DNA from: Candidatus Helarchaeota archaeon
GTDB lineage: Archaea; Asgardarchaeota; Lokiarchaeia; Helarchaeales; RDOG01
Assembly: GCA_029838215.1 (NCBI GenBank)
Contig: JALGVI010000001.1
Location: 1 to 64,000, forward strand
Reading direction: 5' to 3'
DNA length: 64,000 bases
Shown: one piece after another, positions 1-9,986 of the stretch
How positions within the stretch are numbered: position 1 is the first letter of the stretch
Layout of the letters: every line of letters begins with the position of its first letter
Notes under the pieces: model-generated
Seen by the model: only the letters and a program-made list of their open reading frames with translations
What the model was told of the DNA's origin: nothing
Databases searched by the model: none
Program-made: the position numbers and the translations under genes

Positions 1-143
1 AGACCAATAATTAGATAAGCGAGTGAACCCAAAACACCTTCTAAACTCCCGTAAGTTATCCACGCAAGTATTGAAACGCCAGTAATAAGAATTAAAATAA
101 GAAATCCTAAAGAAAACATTCGATTTGGCGATTTATCACTCAA
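1..143 (-). CDS. Partial membrane protein running off the left edge
   Basis: Manual translation from TTG143 (or ATG119): LSDKSPNRMFSLGFLILILITGVSILAWITYGSLEGVLGSLAYLIIG..., hydrophobic with no stop before position 1; not in the ORF track. Confidence 0.55.
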   Translation of the reverse strand, partial: MSDKSPNRMFSLGFLILILITGVSILAWITYGSLEGVLGSLAYLIIG

Positions 144-363
144 TTTTTTTCACCAGATTTTAGATTTAAGTTATTTATTAATTCGACATCGTGATTAAAA
201 AATGATAATCTCTTCTAAAGATTAAGCCATTGAAGTGATGAAATCGTGCGAAGTCCTGCAGGAATTTGTTAAAATCCGTGAAAGTAACCAAAATAACAAA
301 TTTTTTAAATAAAATTATCATTCTAAATGAAAAGAAATCTTACGGTAAGGAGCATAAAGAATA

Positions 364-672
364 ATGGTACAAAAAGCCCGTATTCGTCTTTCAAGCACGG
401 ATCCGACACATTTATTGAAGATTTGTAGTGAAGTAAAAAGGATTGTTAATCGAACAGGAGTAAAAATGGCAGGACCGATACCCTTGCCGACAAAAAGACT
501 GGTCGTGCCTGTTAGGAAGACTCCTTGTGGTGAAGGCACACCAACTTGGGAAAAATGGTCCATGCGGATACATAAACGGCTAATTGACATTGATGCCGAC
601 GAGAGGACCATGAGACAAATAATGCGGATCCGGATTCCTGAAGAGGTATTTATCGAGATAGAATTGAAATAA
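364..672 (+). CDS. rps10: 30S ribosomal protein uS10
   Basis: KARIRLSS...[22 protein letters not shown]...[15 protein letters not shown], archaeal uS10 signature. Confidence 0.98.
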   Translation: MVQKARIRLSSTDPTHLLKICSEVKRIVNRTGVKMAGPIPLPTKRLVVPVRKTPCGEGTPTWEKWSMRIHKRLIDIDADERTMRQIMRIRIPEEVFIEIELK

Positions 673-674
673 TC

Positions 675-690
675 GTTTTTTTTTGTTCAT
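675..690 (+). terminator. Oligo-T tract after rps10, probable archaeal intrinsic terminator
   Basis: Long T run immediately after the TAA at 670-672. Confidence 0.5.
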
Positions 691-2033
691 CTATTGAATT
701 TTTCTTCAATTTGTTTTGCGATCAGGACTAGTTCATCGAATTGTTTTAGTGGGAGTTCTTTTGTTTCGAAGACGACATGTTCGGTATCATAAAGCTCCCA
801 ATTCTCGTGCAAGAGCGAGATTCCATGATGTTCCGGGCGAGAATACAGGTCCGAACCAGGATATGGCGTTGCAATGAAGAAGTTGATACGGTCCATGCCG
901 GGTTGAAGATCAAGATTGTATAGGAATTCGAGTGTTTGGTGGAAGGTTTTGGTGGTTTCTCCCGGCAGTCCGATGACAAAATAAGCCTGAACTACAATTC
1001 CTGCATTTATTGCTTTTTGCACGCCTTTTCTTACGAGTTTTAAATCCTGAACTTTTCCATTTCGCTGCAACACTTCTTTGCTTCCTGATTCGATCCCAAC
1101 AGCAACGCCCTGACAATTTGCTTCCTTAAGAAGTGCAGCCTGCTTCGATGAAAGTTTATCAATTCGAATTTCTGCACCCCAGGGGAGTTCTAATTGCTTT
1201 TTTTTGTATTCGCGGCAGAATTTTTCCATGTATCCATCTTTCAGGTTCACGTTATCGTAGAGGTTGACATACTCGTAGCCGACTTCATTAATGGAATGAA
1301 ATTCTCGCACGACGCTTTCAATTGATCTAATTCGGACATTTGGGAATAATCGTTGCCGCACGCAAAAAGAGCATTTATAAGGACAGCCACGATTAATCAC
1401 GATGGAAGCGACTAAATATTTTGGATTCTTGATGAGTTGTCGCTCGATCATGGGTATTTCTTCCAGATTCACAGGGGGTGGCATTGCATTCTGAATGATT
1501 TCATCCCTTTTTCTCCACGTAATTCCTGGAGTCCTGATTTCCTGCGGAGTGGTTTGAAGTTCATGAAGTAGTGAAGGGAGTGAGTTTTCAGCTTCCCCCA
1601 CGGCGATGAGATCGATCCACGAGTTCTCTAGAAGCGTTTTTTCAGGCAAGAAGGAAACGTGCGGCCCCCCAAAAATGATTTTTGAATCAGGGGATGAATC
1701 ACGGGCAATTCTTGCAATTTTTAATGCAAGAGGGTAGGTATTCGTTAGACAGGTGAGTCCGATAACCTTTGGCTTCTGTTCAAGAGCTTTTTGAAGTTTT
1801 CCATGCGAGTGAATGGATAGGTCAATGAATTCTACGGAAAAACCTTGTTTCCTACAGGTCGTAAATAGCTGTAGAATGCCGTTTGGTGGTTCCCTATAGA
1901 ATTGCTTGGAGCTGGCTTCGAGTTCAGTTCGTGGATTAATGAGGAGGAGATCTAAAATTATAAGCACCTGACTTGAATTCATTTCTGCAAGAAAAGTAGT
2001 AAAGAAAATTTTAATGGAATTTCTTTTATCCAA
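687..2033 (-). CDS. B12-binding radical SAM protein
   Basis: N-terminal cobalamin-binding features (VIGLT, IIFGGPHVS, GEAE) and RGCPYKCSFC CxxxCxxC motif; true start may be downstream. Confidence 0.88.
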   Translation of the reverse strand: MDKRNSIKIFFTTFLAEMNSSQVLIILDLLLINPRTELEASSKQFYREPPNGILQLFTTCRKQGFSVEFIDLSIHSHGKLQKALEQKPKVIGLTCLTNTYPLALKIARIARDSSPDSKIIFGGPHVSFLPEKTLLENSWIDLIAVGEAENSLPSLLHELQTTPQEIRTPGITWRKRDEIIQNAMPPPVNLEEIPMIERQLIKNPKYLVASIVINRGCPYKCSFCVRQRLFPNVRIRSIESVVREFHSINEVGYEYVNLYDNVNLKDGYMEKFCREYKKKQLELPWGAEIRIDKLSSKQAALLKEANCQGVAVGIESGSKEVLQRNGKVQDLKLVRKGVQKAINAGIVVQAYFVIGLPGETTKTFHQTLEFLYNLDLQPGMDRINFFIATPYPGSDLYSRPEHHGISLLHENWELYDTEHVVFETKELPLKQFDELVLIAKQIEEKFNR

Positions 2034-2093
2034 GAAAAGTGGATCATTTGAGTTTATTAAGAAGAAAAGAAGAATTAGAGAAATTAGAAAAAA

Positions 2094-2387
2094 TTAACCG
2101 AAAAGAGCACCTAGTCCAACGGTTGATTCTTCTTCTTTCTTTTCTTCCTTCTTTTCTTCTTTTTTCTCTTCCTTGACTTCTGCGGCGGGAGCAGCAGCAG
2201 CAGCGACAGGGACTGCAGCGGTTTGAATGGCTTCCTTGATATCAACACCTTCAAGCGCGGCGACTACAGCTTTGACGCGCCCTGTATCGGGGCTTGCACC
2301 TGCAGCTTTCAAGATGGATGAGATACTGTCTTCATCAATTTTTTTGCCGACTTCGTTAAGGATGAGAGCCGAATACACGTATTCCAT
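2094..2387 (-). CDS. rpl12: Ribosomal stalk protein P1 (archaeal L12)
   Basis: [11 protein letters not shown]-terminus, Ala-rich hinge, acidic tail ending GLGALFG; GGAGG SD upstream. Confidence 0.97.
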   Translation of the reverse strand: MEYVYSALILNEVGKKIDEDSISSILKAAGASPDTGRVKAVVAALEGVDIKEAIQTAAVPVAAAAAPAAEVKEEKKEEKKEEKKEEESTVGLGALFG

Positions 2388-3372
2388 GTTTCAACCTCCA
2401 TTTTTCTTTTTCTTCTTTCTTTTCTTTTTTCTCGTCAGTCTTAGTCTCTTCCGACGGAGTAGCAGAAGCTACAGAAACAATTCCTTCGGGTAGGGCATTC
2501 GGATCTTTTTCGAGTATCTTTGTAGCAAGAGCTTGTGCCTTGTAGCTTGCCATTCCCATTACATCCGAGATGAAATCATTCAAGATGATGGGAGCATTTA
2601 CCACGAGGTTTCGAGCTCTACCATGAGCTTTGATTAGAATCGGGATGATTGTATCAGGAGTTATCCACGAGATCTCAACAGCAAGCACGTGTGCATTACT
2701 GCCCGCAAGTTTCAATTGTTCAATTATTTCATCAAGGTCAATTTCAAAAGATTCTCGTGAAAGTAAGTCTTCGCCTTCAAGACCCGTGTAGATTTTTAAT
2801 CCAACCGTAATGGGCTGTATGCTTAAGCGTGAAAGAACGAGCGCAATGCTTCGGTCTACGGTTTCTCCTTTTTTCAATACCGTTTTATCTTCTTTTATCC
2901 AAATCATTCCGCTTTGAACACGAGTTTTTAGGCCCAATGTGGCTAATTCACTAATAATGGCGCCAGGCGGAAATCCCGTATTTCCAGCAGGTACAACTAT
3001 ATCTACGGGCGTGATATCTCCAGGTTTGGCGGCGATTTGCGCTTTGTTTTCGTCTAGGAATTTCTTAATCCTGAATACATTTTCTTTCGTAAAGATTATG
3101 GCTGAAGATCCTTCAAGATTATCAAGAAACTCCGCAATATTTTTCCTGTTCAATTCTTTTAATGCCAATTTAATCAGATTATTTTTCGCCATTTTGATGA
3201 CTGTGTTTATGGATCTTAGCTCTTTCCTGATTTTTTGGAGCTGCGGAGAAGGCATTTTTTCCATGCGGCATAATAACATCGTGGGATATTCATTAGCCAA
3301 CAGTCTTATTTCTTCGACAGCTCTTTTTTTCAAGGGTGAGATTTTCTTTTCATTTTTTGAGGTTACAGCCAT
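2356..3372 (-). CDS. rplP0: Ribosomal protein uL10 (P0) with aberrant C-terminus
   Basis: [39 protein letters not shown] motifs; lacks terminal GLGALFG and reads into rpl12. Confidence 0.95.
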   Translation of the reverse strand: MAVTSKNEKKISPLKKRAVEEIRLLANEYPTMLLCRMEKMPSPQLQKIRKELRSINTVIKMAKNNLIKLALKELNRKNIAEFLDNLEGSSAIIFTKENVFRIKKFLDENKAQIAAKPGDITPVDIVVPAGNTGFPPGAIISELATLGLKTRVQSGMIWIKEDKTVLKKGETVDRSIALVLSRLSIQPITVGLKIYTGLEGEDLLSRESFEIDLDEIIEQLKLAGSNAHVLAVEISWITPDTIIPILIKAHGRARNLVVNAPIILNDFISDVMGMASYKAQALATKILEKDPNALPEGIVSVASATPSEETKTDEKKEKKEEKEKWRLKHGIRVFGSHP

Positions 3373-3389
3373 GGCGCTTCAACACACAA

Positions 3390-4067
3390 TTATATAGCGA
3401 TTTTTACAGCAGGGCTCATGGTGGCCTTTACATATACAGATTTGAGATAATGTGAGCTTTTTTCAATATTTTGTATGAGAACATTATCAACAGCTTGAAT
3501 GTTCTCGCATATTTCTTCATCGGACATATCTTCAGTACCCACGACACATTGGACGACAGGATTTTTCTTGACTCTTAGGCGTACTGTTCGATTATAACGC
3601 TCAAGGATGCCCGCAATGTCTGCTTTGATTTCTATAATGCCTTCACCTTTCGGGGGTGCAAGGGGCATTTTCCCAGCAGGTCCGAGTGCGGGTCCCAGAT
3701 TCTTAGCCACCAGCCCCATTAATTCGCGGGCTACGATGAAGAAATCATATTCTTTGGCAAGTTTTTTCGCCATTTTTTTATCGGTCCCGAATTTTGCCAA
3801 TTCGTCCTTCTCTATTACTCGCGTGGCACCGGCATTTTTCGCTCGCAATGCTAAATCACCTTGGGCGATCACGCAAATCTTTCGTGGACGGTTCAATGGA
3901 TGTGGCAGTTTCAATTCCAGATTAATGCGATTCTTTGGTTGTTTTAAATCAATATCCTTTAAATTGAAGGTCACGTCGATAGACTGGCGAAAGTTACGTT
4001 TTTTTTCTTGGATTTTTTTCCGAATTTCACCAAGAGCTGCTAATATATTCTCTTTCTTAAGAGGCAT
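3390..4067 (-). CDS. rpl1: 50S ribosomal protein uL1
   Basis: RNFRQSIDVTFNLKDIDL, LGPALGPAGKMP, VYVKATMSPAVKI; ATG4067 preferred over GTG4076. Confidence 0.97.
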   Translation of the reverse strand: MPLKKENILAALGEIRKKIQEKKRNFRQSIDVTFNLKDIDLKQPKNRINLELKLPHPLNRPRKICVIAQGDLALRAKNAGATRVIEKDELAKFGTDKKMAKKLAKEYDFFIVARELMGLVAKNLGPALGPAGKMPLAPPKGEGIIEIKADIAGILERYNRTVRLRVKKNPVVQCVVGTEDMSDEEICENIQAVDNVLIQNIEKSSHYLKSVYVKATMSPAVKIAI

Positions 4068-4190
4068 CTGCCACACCGGTATTGGATTTATTCTTTCTTT
4101 CGATCATCAATTAATATTAATAGGTACTTAAAAAAGTTCCGAGATCCTTTCAAACGGATTTCTACTAAATGAAGAATTTCGTCCAAGTTC

Positions 4191-4673
4191 TCAGTCCACT
4201 AATTCATCATCATGAAGTCCATCATCAATTTCTTTTTGTACATCTTTAGGACTCTTTCCATCGACCGTAATTCCCATGGAGTAACAAGTTCCCAGTACAG
4301 TTTTTGTGGCGGCTTTTAAGGATTTGTCTAAAAATTGGTCCCTTTTCATTTTTGCTATTGAGATCAGTTGTTCAAATTCGATATCTCCAACAGATTCTTT
4401 TTGATTCTGCGCTCCTTTTGGAACTCCTGCTTCCTTTAGAATAAGAGCAGACACGGGAGGGCTCCCAACTATGATTTCAAAGCTTTTATCCTCACGATTT
4501 GCTATGATTGTTACGGGAATCTTTAGCCCTTCAAAGTCTTTCGTCATTTCATTAACCTTGTTCACTACTTGTAATACGTTGACACCAGTGGGACCCAGTG
4601 CAGGACCAATTGGAGGTCCTCCGCTTGCTTTTCCACCTTCAACCAGTGCTTCAATTGTTACTTTTTCAGACAT
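4191..4673 (-). CDS. rpl11: 50S ribosomal protein uL11
   Basis: GGKASGGPPIGPALGPTGVN, GTCYSMGITVDG. Confidence 0.98.
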   Translation of the reverse strand: MSEKVTIEALVEGGKASGGPPIGPALGPTGVNVLQVVNKVNEMTKDFEGLKIPVTIIANREDKSFEIIVGSPPVSALILKEAGVPKGAQNQKESVGDIEFEQLISIAKMKRDQFLDKSLKAATKTVLGTCYSMGITVDGKSPKDVQKEIDDGLHDDELVD

Positions 4674-4836
4674 TTTCGATCATCCATGGAATTTTCTATT
4701 CACGGCATTCATTAGTAGGAAATTAAATTTATTTGTTACAAAAAAGATTTAGTAAAAAAATATAAGAATTATGTACTTTGCAATTATTTACGTTTTAAAC
4801 TTGAAATGAACATCTTCTTTTCACTTCAAAGGAGGA

Positions 4837-5340
4837 ATGAAATACGTGGTGAAAATAGGTATCATGTCGGATTCACACGATAATATACAAGCAATAAAAA
4901 AAGCGGTAAAAATTTTTAATGATGAAAATGTCGCTCAAGTATTCCATGCAGGTGACGTGATTTCCCCTTTCATTGCATTCTTAGCCTTGAAAGATTTAAA
5001 ATGTGAATTCCATTGCGTTTTTGGAAATAACGATGGAGAAAAATTAGGGCTGATCAAGCAATTTGAAAACATTGGACAACATGTAGAAGGGGATTTTTAT
5101 AAGGCCACGCTTGCAAACAAGAAAATCATCATGTTTCATACACTAGATGATGAAATGATCGAAGCACTAGCGACCAAATTTAATGTTATCATTCGCGGGC
5201 ACGATCATCAAGCACGGGTGAAAAAAATGGGCGATTGTATCTTGGTCAATCCTGGAGAAACTTGTGGATATTTAACGGGGAAGGCTACCGTGGCAATCCT
5301 AGATTTAGAAAAGCTTGAAGCACGTATCGTGGAGTTATGA
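4837..5340 (+). CDS. Metallophosphoesterase (YfcE/MJ0936 family)
   Basis: DSHDN, HAGD, GNND, GHDH, NPG calcineurin-like motifs. Confidence 0.9.
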   Translation: MKYVVKIGIMSDSHDNIQAIKKAVKIFNDENVAQVFHAGDVISPFIAFLALKDLKCEFHCVFGNNDGEKLGLIKQFENIGQHVEGDFYKATLANKKIIMFHTLDDEMIEALATKFNVIIRGHDHQARVKKMGDCILVNPGETCGYLTGKATVAILDLEKLEARIVEL

Positions 5341-6242
5341 ACATGAGTGTAAATCAACTAGATGAAAAAACGAAATCAATTATCTTGCAAGCACAACAAG
5401 CAGAAATCACGGAACACCACATATATAAAAAATTAGCCAAATCAATGAAGGATCCTCACAACAAGCAAATTCTTCAACAAATTTCAAATGATGAAATGAA
5501 ACATCATGAATTTTACAAGAATATAACTGGAGTAGAACTTAAACCAAACAAGCGCATTCTTTGGAAATATGTCATCATTTCAAAAATCTTTGGAATGACA
5601 TTCGCCTTTAAATTAATGGAAGCAGGAGAAAAGGATGCTCAGAAACTTTACCAAAGTCTTTCTGATGCCATACCTGAAATCAAGAATATCATTCAAGATG
5701 AAATCAAGCACGAAAATGAATTGATCAATCTAATAAATGAAGAACGGCTAAAATATGTTGGTTCCATTGTCCTTGGTTTGAATGATGGATTAGTAGAGCT
5801 CACGGGAGCATTAGCGGGATTTACTCTTGCATTACAGTGGAATCCACTCATTGCAATGCTGGGTCTAATTACAGGAATTGCAGGATCGCTTTCAATGGGT
5901 GCATCTGAATATCTTTCTACGAAGTCGGAGAATTCTGGTGATAAAAGTCCATTTAAAGCCGCCATTTATACGGGTGGTGCATACATTCTTGCAGTCATAT
6001 TGTTAGTATTCCCTTTTCTGCTAATTTCACCTTTTGTTCCATTTAGTCTTTATATCAGCTTAGGAATGACCTTGATTTTCGGAATAATCGTCATTGCAGG
6101 ATTCACGTTTTATATTTCAGTAGTCCAAGAGCAATCGTTTAAAAAAAGGTTCTTGGAGATGGCAGCGATAAGTCTGGGAATTGCAACTGCATCGTTCTTC
6201 ATTGGTCTGCTCCTAAGAATCTTCTTTGGTGTCGACGTGTGA
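5337..6242 (+). CDS. Ferritin-like (rubrerythrin) domain fused to VIT1/CCC1 transporter domain
   Basis: N-terminal E...DEMKH...E...DEIKHE di-iron motifs; C-terminal IVLGLNDGLVE, SLSMGASEYLS and several TM helices. Confidence 0.88.
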   Translation: MNMSVNQLDEKTKSIILQAQQAEITEHHIYKKLAKSMKDPHNKQILQQISNDEMKHHEFYKNITGVELKPNKRILWKYVIISKIFGMTFAFKLMEAGEKDAQKLYQSLSDAIPEIKNIIQDEIKHENELINLINEERLKYVGSIVLGLNDGLVELTGALAGFTLALQWNPLIAMLGLITGIAGSLSMGASEYLSTKSENSGDKSPFKAAIYTGGAYILAVILLVFPFLLISPFVPFSLYISLGMTLIFGIIVIAGFTFYISVVQEQSFKKRFLEMAAISLGIATASFFIGLLLRIFFGVDV

Positions 6243-6343
6243 GATTACCTTTCCCACTTCTTTTTCATAAATAAATGCTGCTTGATAATATTCCCTGTTA
6301 TTGATTTGTAAAAAAAGAAGATTTTATTTTAAGAATTTTTTTT

Positions 6344-8152
6344 TCAGGAAATATTCTGTATTTTATATTCTGGCTTGATTTCAATGCCCAGTTCCTCGAG
6401 TTGGGAATCATCGACAATGCTTGGTGCTCCTCCAAGAGGTAAAATTGCCGATTTCGTTTTTGGAAATGCAATCACTTCCCTAATGTTATCTTCGCCGACC
6501 ATTAGCATTACGAGTCGATCGAAACCTATTGCAAGTCCTCCGTGTGGTGGTGCACCGTATTTTAATGCCTCGACGAGGAACGAAAAATTACGCTGAACCG
6601 TCTTTTCATCAATTCCCAATGCTTTAAACATTCTTTCTTGGATCTCAGGTTTATTTATACGAATGCTTCCGCCACCAAGCTCGAACCCATTTAGAACAAT
6701 GTCATAAGCATTTGCGATGGCTTCGGCTTGATTAGTATCAAAATTATTAATGAATTCTTTCTTGCAGGACGTAAAAGGATGATGCATTGCTACCCATCTT
6801 TCTTCATCTTCATCCCATTCAAATAGAGGAAAATCGATGACCCAGAGGAAATTAAACTTGTCCTGTGGTATGAGATCATGTTCTCTTGCTAATTTCGTGC
6901 GAACCTCACCTAAAGTTCGAAGGACGATTTTTTCTTCAGCTCCAACGAAAAGAATCAAGTCTCCTTCTCTTGCATCCATCCGCTTGATTATTTTTTGTAT
7001 TTGTTTTTCGTCAAGGAAGCGGGTTAATGGTGATTTTATTTTATCGCTTTTTATCGTGATATGTCCAATATCCTTGGCTTTATAATTCCTGACAAATCTT
7101 CGGAGCTGGCTGATGAGTTTCTCAAGTTTCTTTTTTGATAAATTTGCGAGTCCATCTGCCTTTATTGCCTTGATGCATCCTTTTGATTCGAAAATATCCT
7201 TGAAAATGGGAATGTCTTTTGGAATGAGATCCATTATGTCTTCGATTTCGAGTCCATATCGCGTGTCTGGTTTGTCCGTTCCATATCGTGACATTGCTTC
7301 CTTGTAACTCATGCGCGGAAACGGAGCTTGTAGTTTTACATTCAGGATCTTGTCAAATATTCTGACCATTATTCCTTCAACAACGCTAATGATATCATCT
7401 TGATCTATGAACGCCATCTCAAGATCAATTTGCGTGAATTCTGGCTGCCTATCAATTCTTAGATCTTCATCCCGCAAGCAACGTGCAAATTGATAATATT
7501 TATCAAAACCAGATATCATTAGCATTTGCTTGTACAATTGGGGCGATTGGGGAAGCGCATAGAATTTTCCTTTATGTATTCGACTGGGAACGAGATAATC
7601 CCTGGCACCCTCAGGCGTACTTTTCGTAAGCATTGGTGTTTCTATTTCCAAAAATCCTAACTCTTCCAGATACTTGCGGATCTCCGAAGCAATTCTTGAT
7701 CTTGTTTCAATATTTTTCTGAAATCGTGGATTTCGAAGGTCGATGTATCTGTATCGTAATCGGGAAAATATTTCCGAAGTCTGATAATCTTGCCAATTAT
7801 ATGGAAGAGTTTCACAAGCATTTAAGATTCGAATTGTTTTTACTTCGACTTCTATTTCTCCAGTGGCAAGGTTTTCATTTGTCGTTCCCTCGGGACGTTT
7901 TTTGACGATTCCTTTAATTTCAATGACGGATTCACGAGACAGAGACTTAATTTCTTTTTGTTCCTGCTCGTTGAATTTCGATAATTCCGCAACTAATTGA
8001 GTGATACCGTAATGGTCACGGATATCAATAAATATGGTACTGCCATGATCTCTAATTGAATGAGCCCAACCCTGCAAAATCACTTCTTTACTTACATCGG
8101 AAACGCGTAAACATCCGCAATCGGTTCTTTTTTTCATGAATTCAACACGCAT
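6344..8152 (-). CDS. aspS: Bacterial-type aspartyl-tRNA synthetase (probably non-discriminating)
   Basis: RDHG..FIDIRD, EGARDYLVPSR, LPQSPQLYKQMLM, RDEDLR.DRQPEFTQID.E, GAD insertion, GAPPHGG.A.G.DR; about 600 aa. Confidence 0.96.
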   Translation of the reverse strand: MRVEFMKKRTDCGCLRVSDVSKEVILQGWAHSIRDHGSTIFIDIRDHYGITQLVAELSKFNEQEQKEIKSLSRESVIEIKGIVKKRPEGTTNENLATGEIEVEVKTIRILNACETLPYNWQDYQTSEIFSRLRYRYIDLRNPRFQKNIETRSRIASEIRKYLEELGFLEIETPMLTKSTPEGARDYLVPSRIHKGKFYALPQSPQLYKQMLMISGFDKYYQFARCLRDEDLRIDRQPEFTQIDLEMAFIDQDDIISVVEGIMVRIFDKILNVKLQAPFPRMSYKEAMSRYGTDKPDTRYGLEIEDIMDLIPKDIPIFKDIFESKGCIKAIKADGLANLSKKKLEKLISQLRRFVRNYKAKDIGHITIKSDKIKSPLTRFLDEKQIQKIIKRMDAREGDLILFVGAEEKIVLRTLGEVRTKLAREHDLIPQDKFNFLWVIDFPLFEWDEDEERWVAMHHPFTSCKKEFINNFDTNQAEAIANAYDIVLNGFELGGGSIRINKPEIQERMFKALGIDEKTVQRNFSFLVEALKYGAPPHGGLAIGFDRLVMLMVGEDNIREVIAFPKTKSAILPLGGAPSIVDDSQLEELGIEIKPEYKIQNIS

Positions 8153-8450
8153 TAAGACTTGATTAGTAAGTTATTGGATTAGAGATTAAATTCTAAAAAT
8201 TTGATAAAAGTTTTATCACGAAGTTAATTAATCGTTCCTCTCTGATTAGATTTTCTTGCTTTGTAAAAAGAAGTTCGTTGCCCATGAAGCAAAATATTGA
8301 ACCAACTCCTCATTTAAGAAGAATAAATCGTTCTTTCAAAAATCCTTAATAAAAAATAAAAATGGTAAGATCGAAATGATCATGTAATTTCAGACTGAAG
8401 AATATTTTGTATTTTCCATGTACTAGGATAGAGAACGCGAGGTAAAAGAC

Positions 8451-9986
8451 ATGAGTAAATCGTTGGTAAAACCGTCAACAATATATATCACCGAAGTTGA
8501 TCGCCACGTCAACAATAAAATTCATGCTTGTTATAAAAAAAGTCTATTTGCTGGCACTTTTAATCCAAAATTTAAGAATACGAAAGCCGAAAAAATCATG
8601 GTTGAAGAATATAAGAAGGCACTTGGTAAGGTAATTGGAGACAAGAAATACAAGAAAGCGGTCATTAAATACAATGATTTAATGATAATGAAGAATTTTC
8701 ATCCCTCAATTTTAAGTTTAGATCTAAGAGCATTCCTGAAAGCAGTTGACACATTCGATATTGAAGAAAAATATCTCATTCCAAAACCTGGTGGCATTCT
8801 CCCGATTTTTCATAATTTAAAAATGCTGAACATGACCAAGCTCATGCAAGGATTGGATGAATATAAAATTATTAACGGAAATCGGCTAAAATTGCAACCA
8901 TATTTGACAAACAACCCCGACGTTCCAAAAGTATTCATTCCCAAAATTTTCGATAGAAACACGCTATTCATCATTTTTAACGACATTAAAACAAATAGTT
9001 TCAATGGTGCCACGATTGCAACAAAAGTAGCTGCTGTTGGCACTACAGGAAAGCGCTTGACATATCATCGCACGCTAGATCCTGATTCTGACTCAAAAAA
9101 GAATCTATTTGGCACGTGGTTAACCCTATATTGCCAAATTCTTGAGAAGATTTGCACGAAAGTCGCCACGGTAGCAAACCTCAAATACCACAAGGAAGGA
9201 AGTGACGTTTGCCAATCGACCTGCACATTCTTCGCTTCCTATCCAAATGAGAAGCCAATCATCCTTTCAGGTGATGGCATAGTACAGATCGATTATGCAG
9301 GTGAGCTCATTATATTTGGAAAACCCAGTTCCAACGTGATGAAGGCTTATCACGACATGTATGGTGGATATCCCGAGGTCCTAATGGATGGTAAAAAGGC
9401 CGATGAGCAACTACTTGCCATCCATAATGATGGGTCAAACATCGGCTATAATTTCCCCACGATAAATTTGAAAAAATATGAAAAGGTTTTTCCGGGACTT
9501 ACTGTTGAAGAGGACCAACAATGCATGGATGGCTGCTCAGGGATGCTGGATTATTCCTTGCAGATGAATATAGCACTCGGACTCTATGATTATCCGCGTC
9601 CCTGCAAGAATCGAATTAGGATCATAGCAGGTAAACCATTAAATCCAAAACCAAAGAAAAATGGAGAAATTTTAATTGCTCACGGCAATTGTGCAATAAA
9701 AGCGTGTAAAAAAGCTAAAATCAAACCCGATATAAAATTCGCAGGTTGTCCCGTGGGACCGATCCCATCGATTGTCATAAACTTCCTCATGCCCGGCTTT
9801 CCACATACTAATGACATTCGTTCGACTTACTTGCAATACGTTCCTACAATCTTCTTCGATGACATTACAAATACGTGGAAAACGTGGAAACAAGTCATGG
9901 GACTCATGATGAGTGGAAGGAACCTCGTGAGCATGCTTGACTTGATAAAGAATGTAGGCATGTTTAAGACGCGTTTTCTCCTTTAA
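8451..9986 (+). CDS. Divergent DUF362-like Fe-S protein
   Basis: IPKP, DIKTN..GATIATK, DGIVQID resemble DUF362 motifs; C-terminal CMDGC / HGNC / GCP cysteine pattern. Confidence 0.55.
   Translation: MSKSLVKPSTIYITEVDRHVNNKIHACYKKSLFAGTFNPKFKNTKAEKIMVEEYKKALGKVIGDKKYKKAVIKYNDLMIMKNFHPSILSLDLRAFLKAVDTFDIEEKYLIPKPGGILPIFHNLKMLNMTKLMQGLDEYKIINGNRLKLQPYLTNNPDVPKVFIPKIFDRNTLFIIFNDIKTNSFNGATIATKVAAVGTTGKRLTYHRTLDPDSDSKKNLFGTWLTLYCQILEKICTKVATVANLKYHKEGSDVCQSTCTFFASYPNEKPIILSGDGIVQIDYAGELIIFGKPSSNVMKAYHDMYGGYPEVLMDGKKADEQLLAIHNDGSNIGYNFPTINLKKYEKVFPGLTVEEDQQCMDGCSGMLDYSLQMNIALGLYDYPRPCKNRIRIIAGKPLNPKPKKNGEILIAHGNCAIKACKKAKIKPDIKFAGCPVGPIPSIVINFLMPGFPHTNDIRSTYLQYVPTIFFDDITNTWKTWKQVMGLMMSGRNLVSMLDLIKNVGMFKTRFLL

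Noticed and set aside
2227-4752. Plus-strand ORFs antisense to rpl12/P0/L1/L11
   Set aside because: Antisense shadows of conserved r-protein genes; same reasoning for most 60-170 aa overlapping ORFs elsewhere
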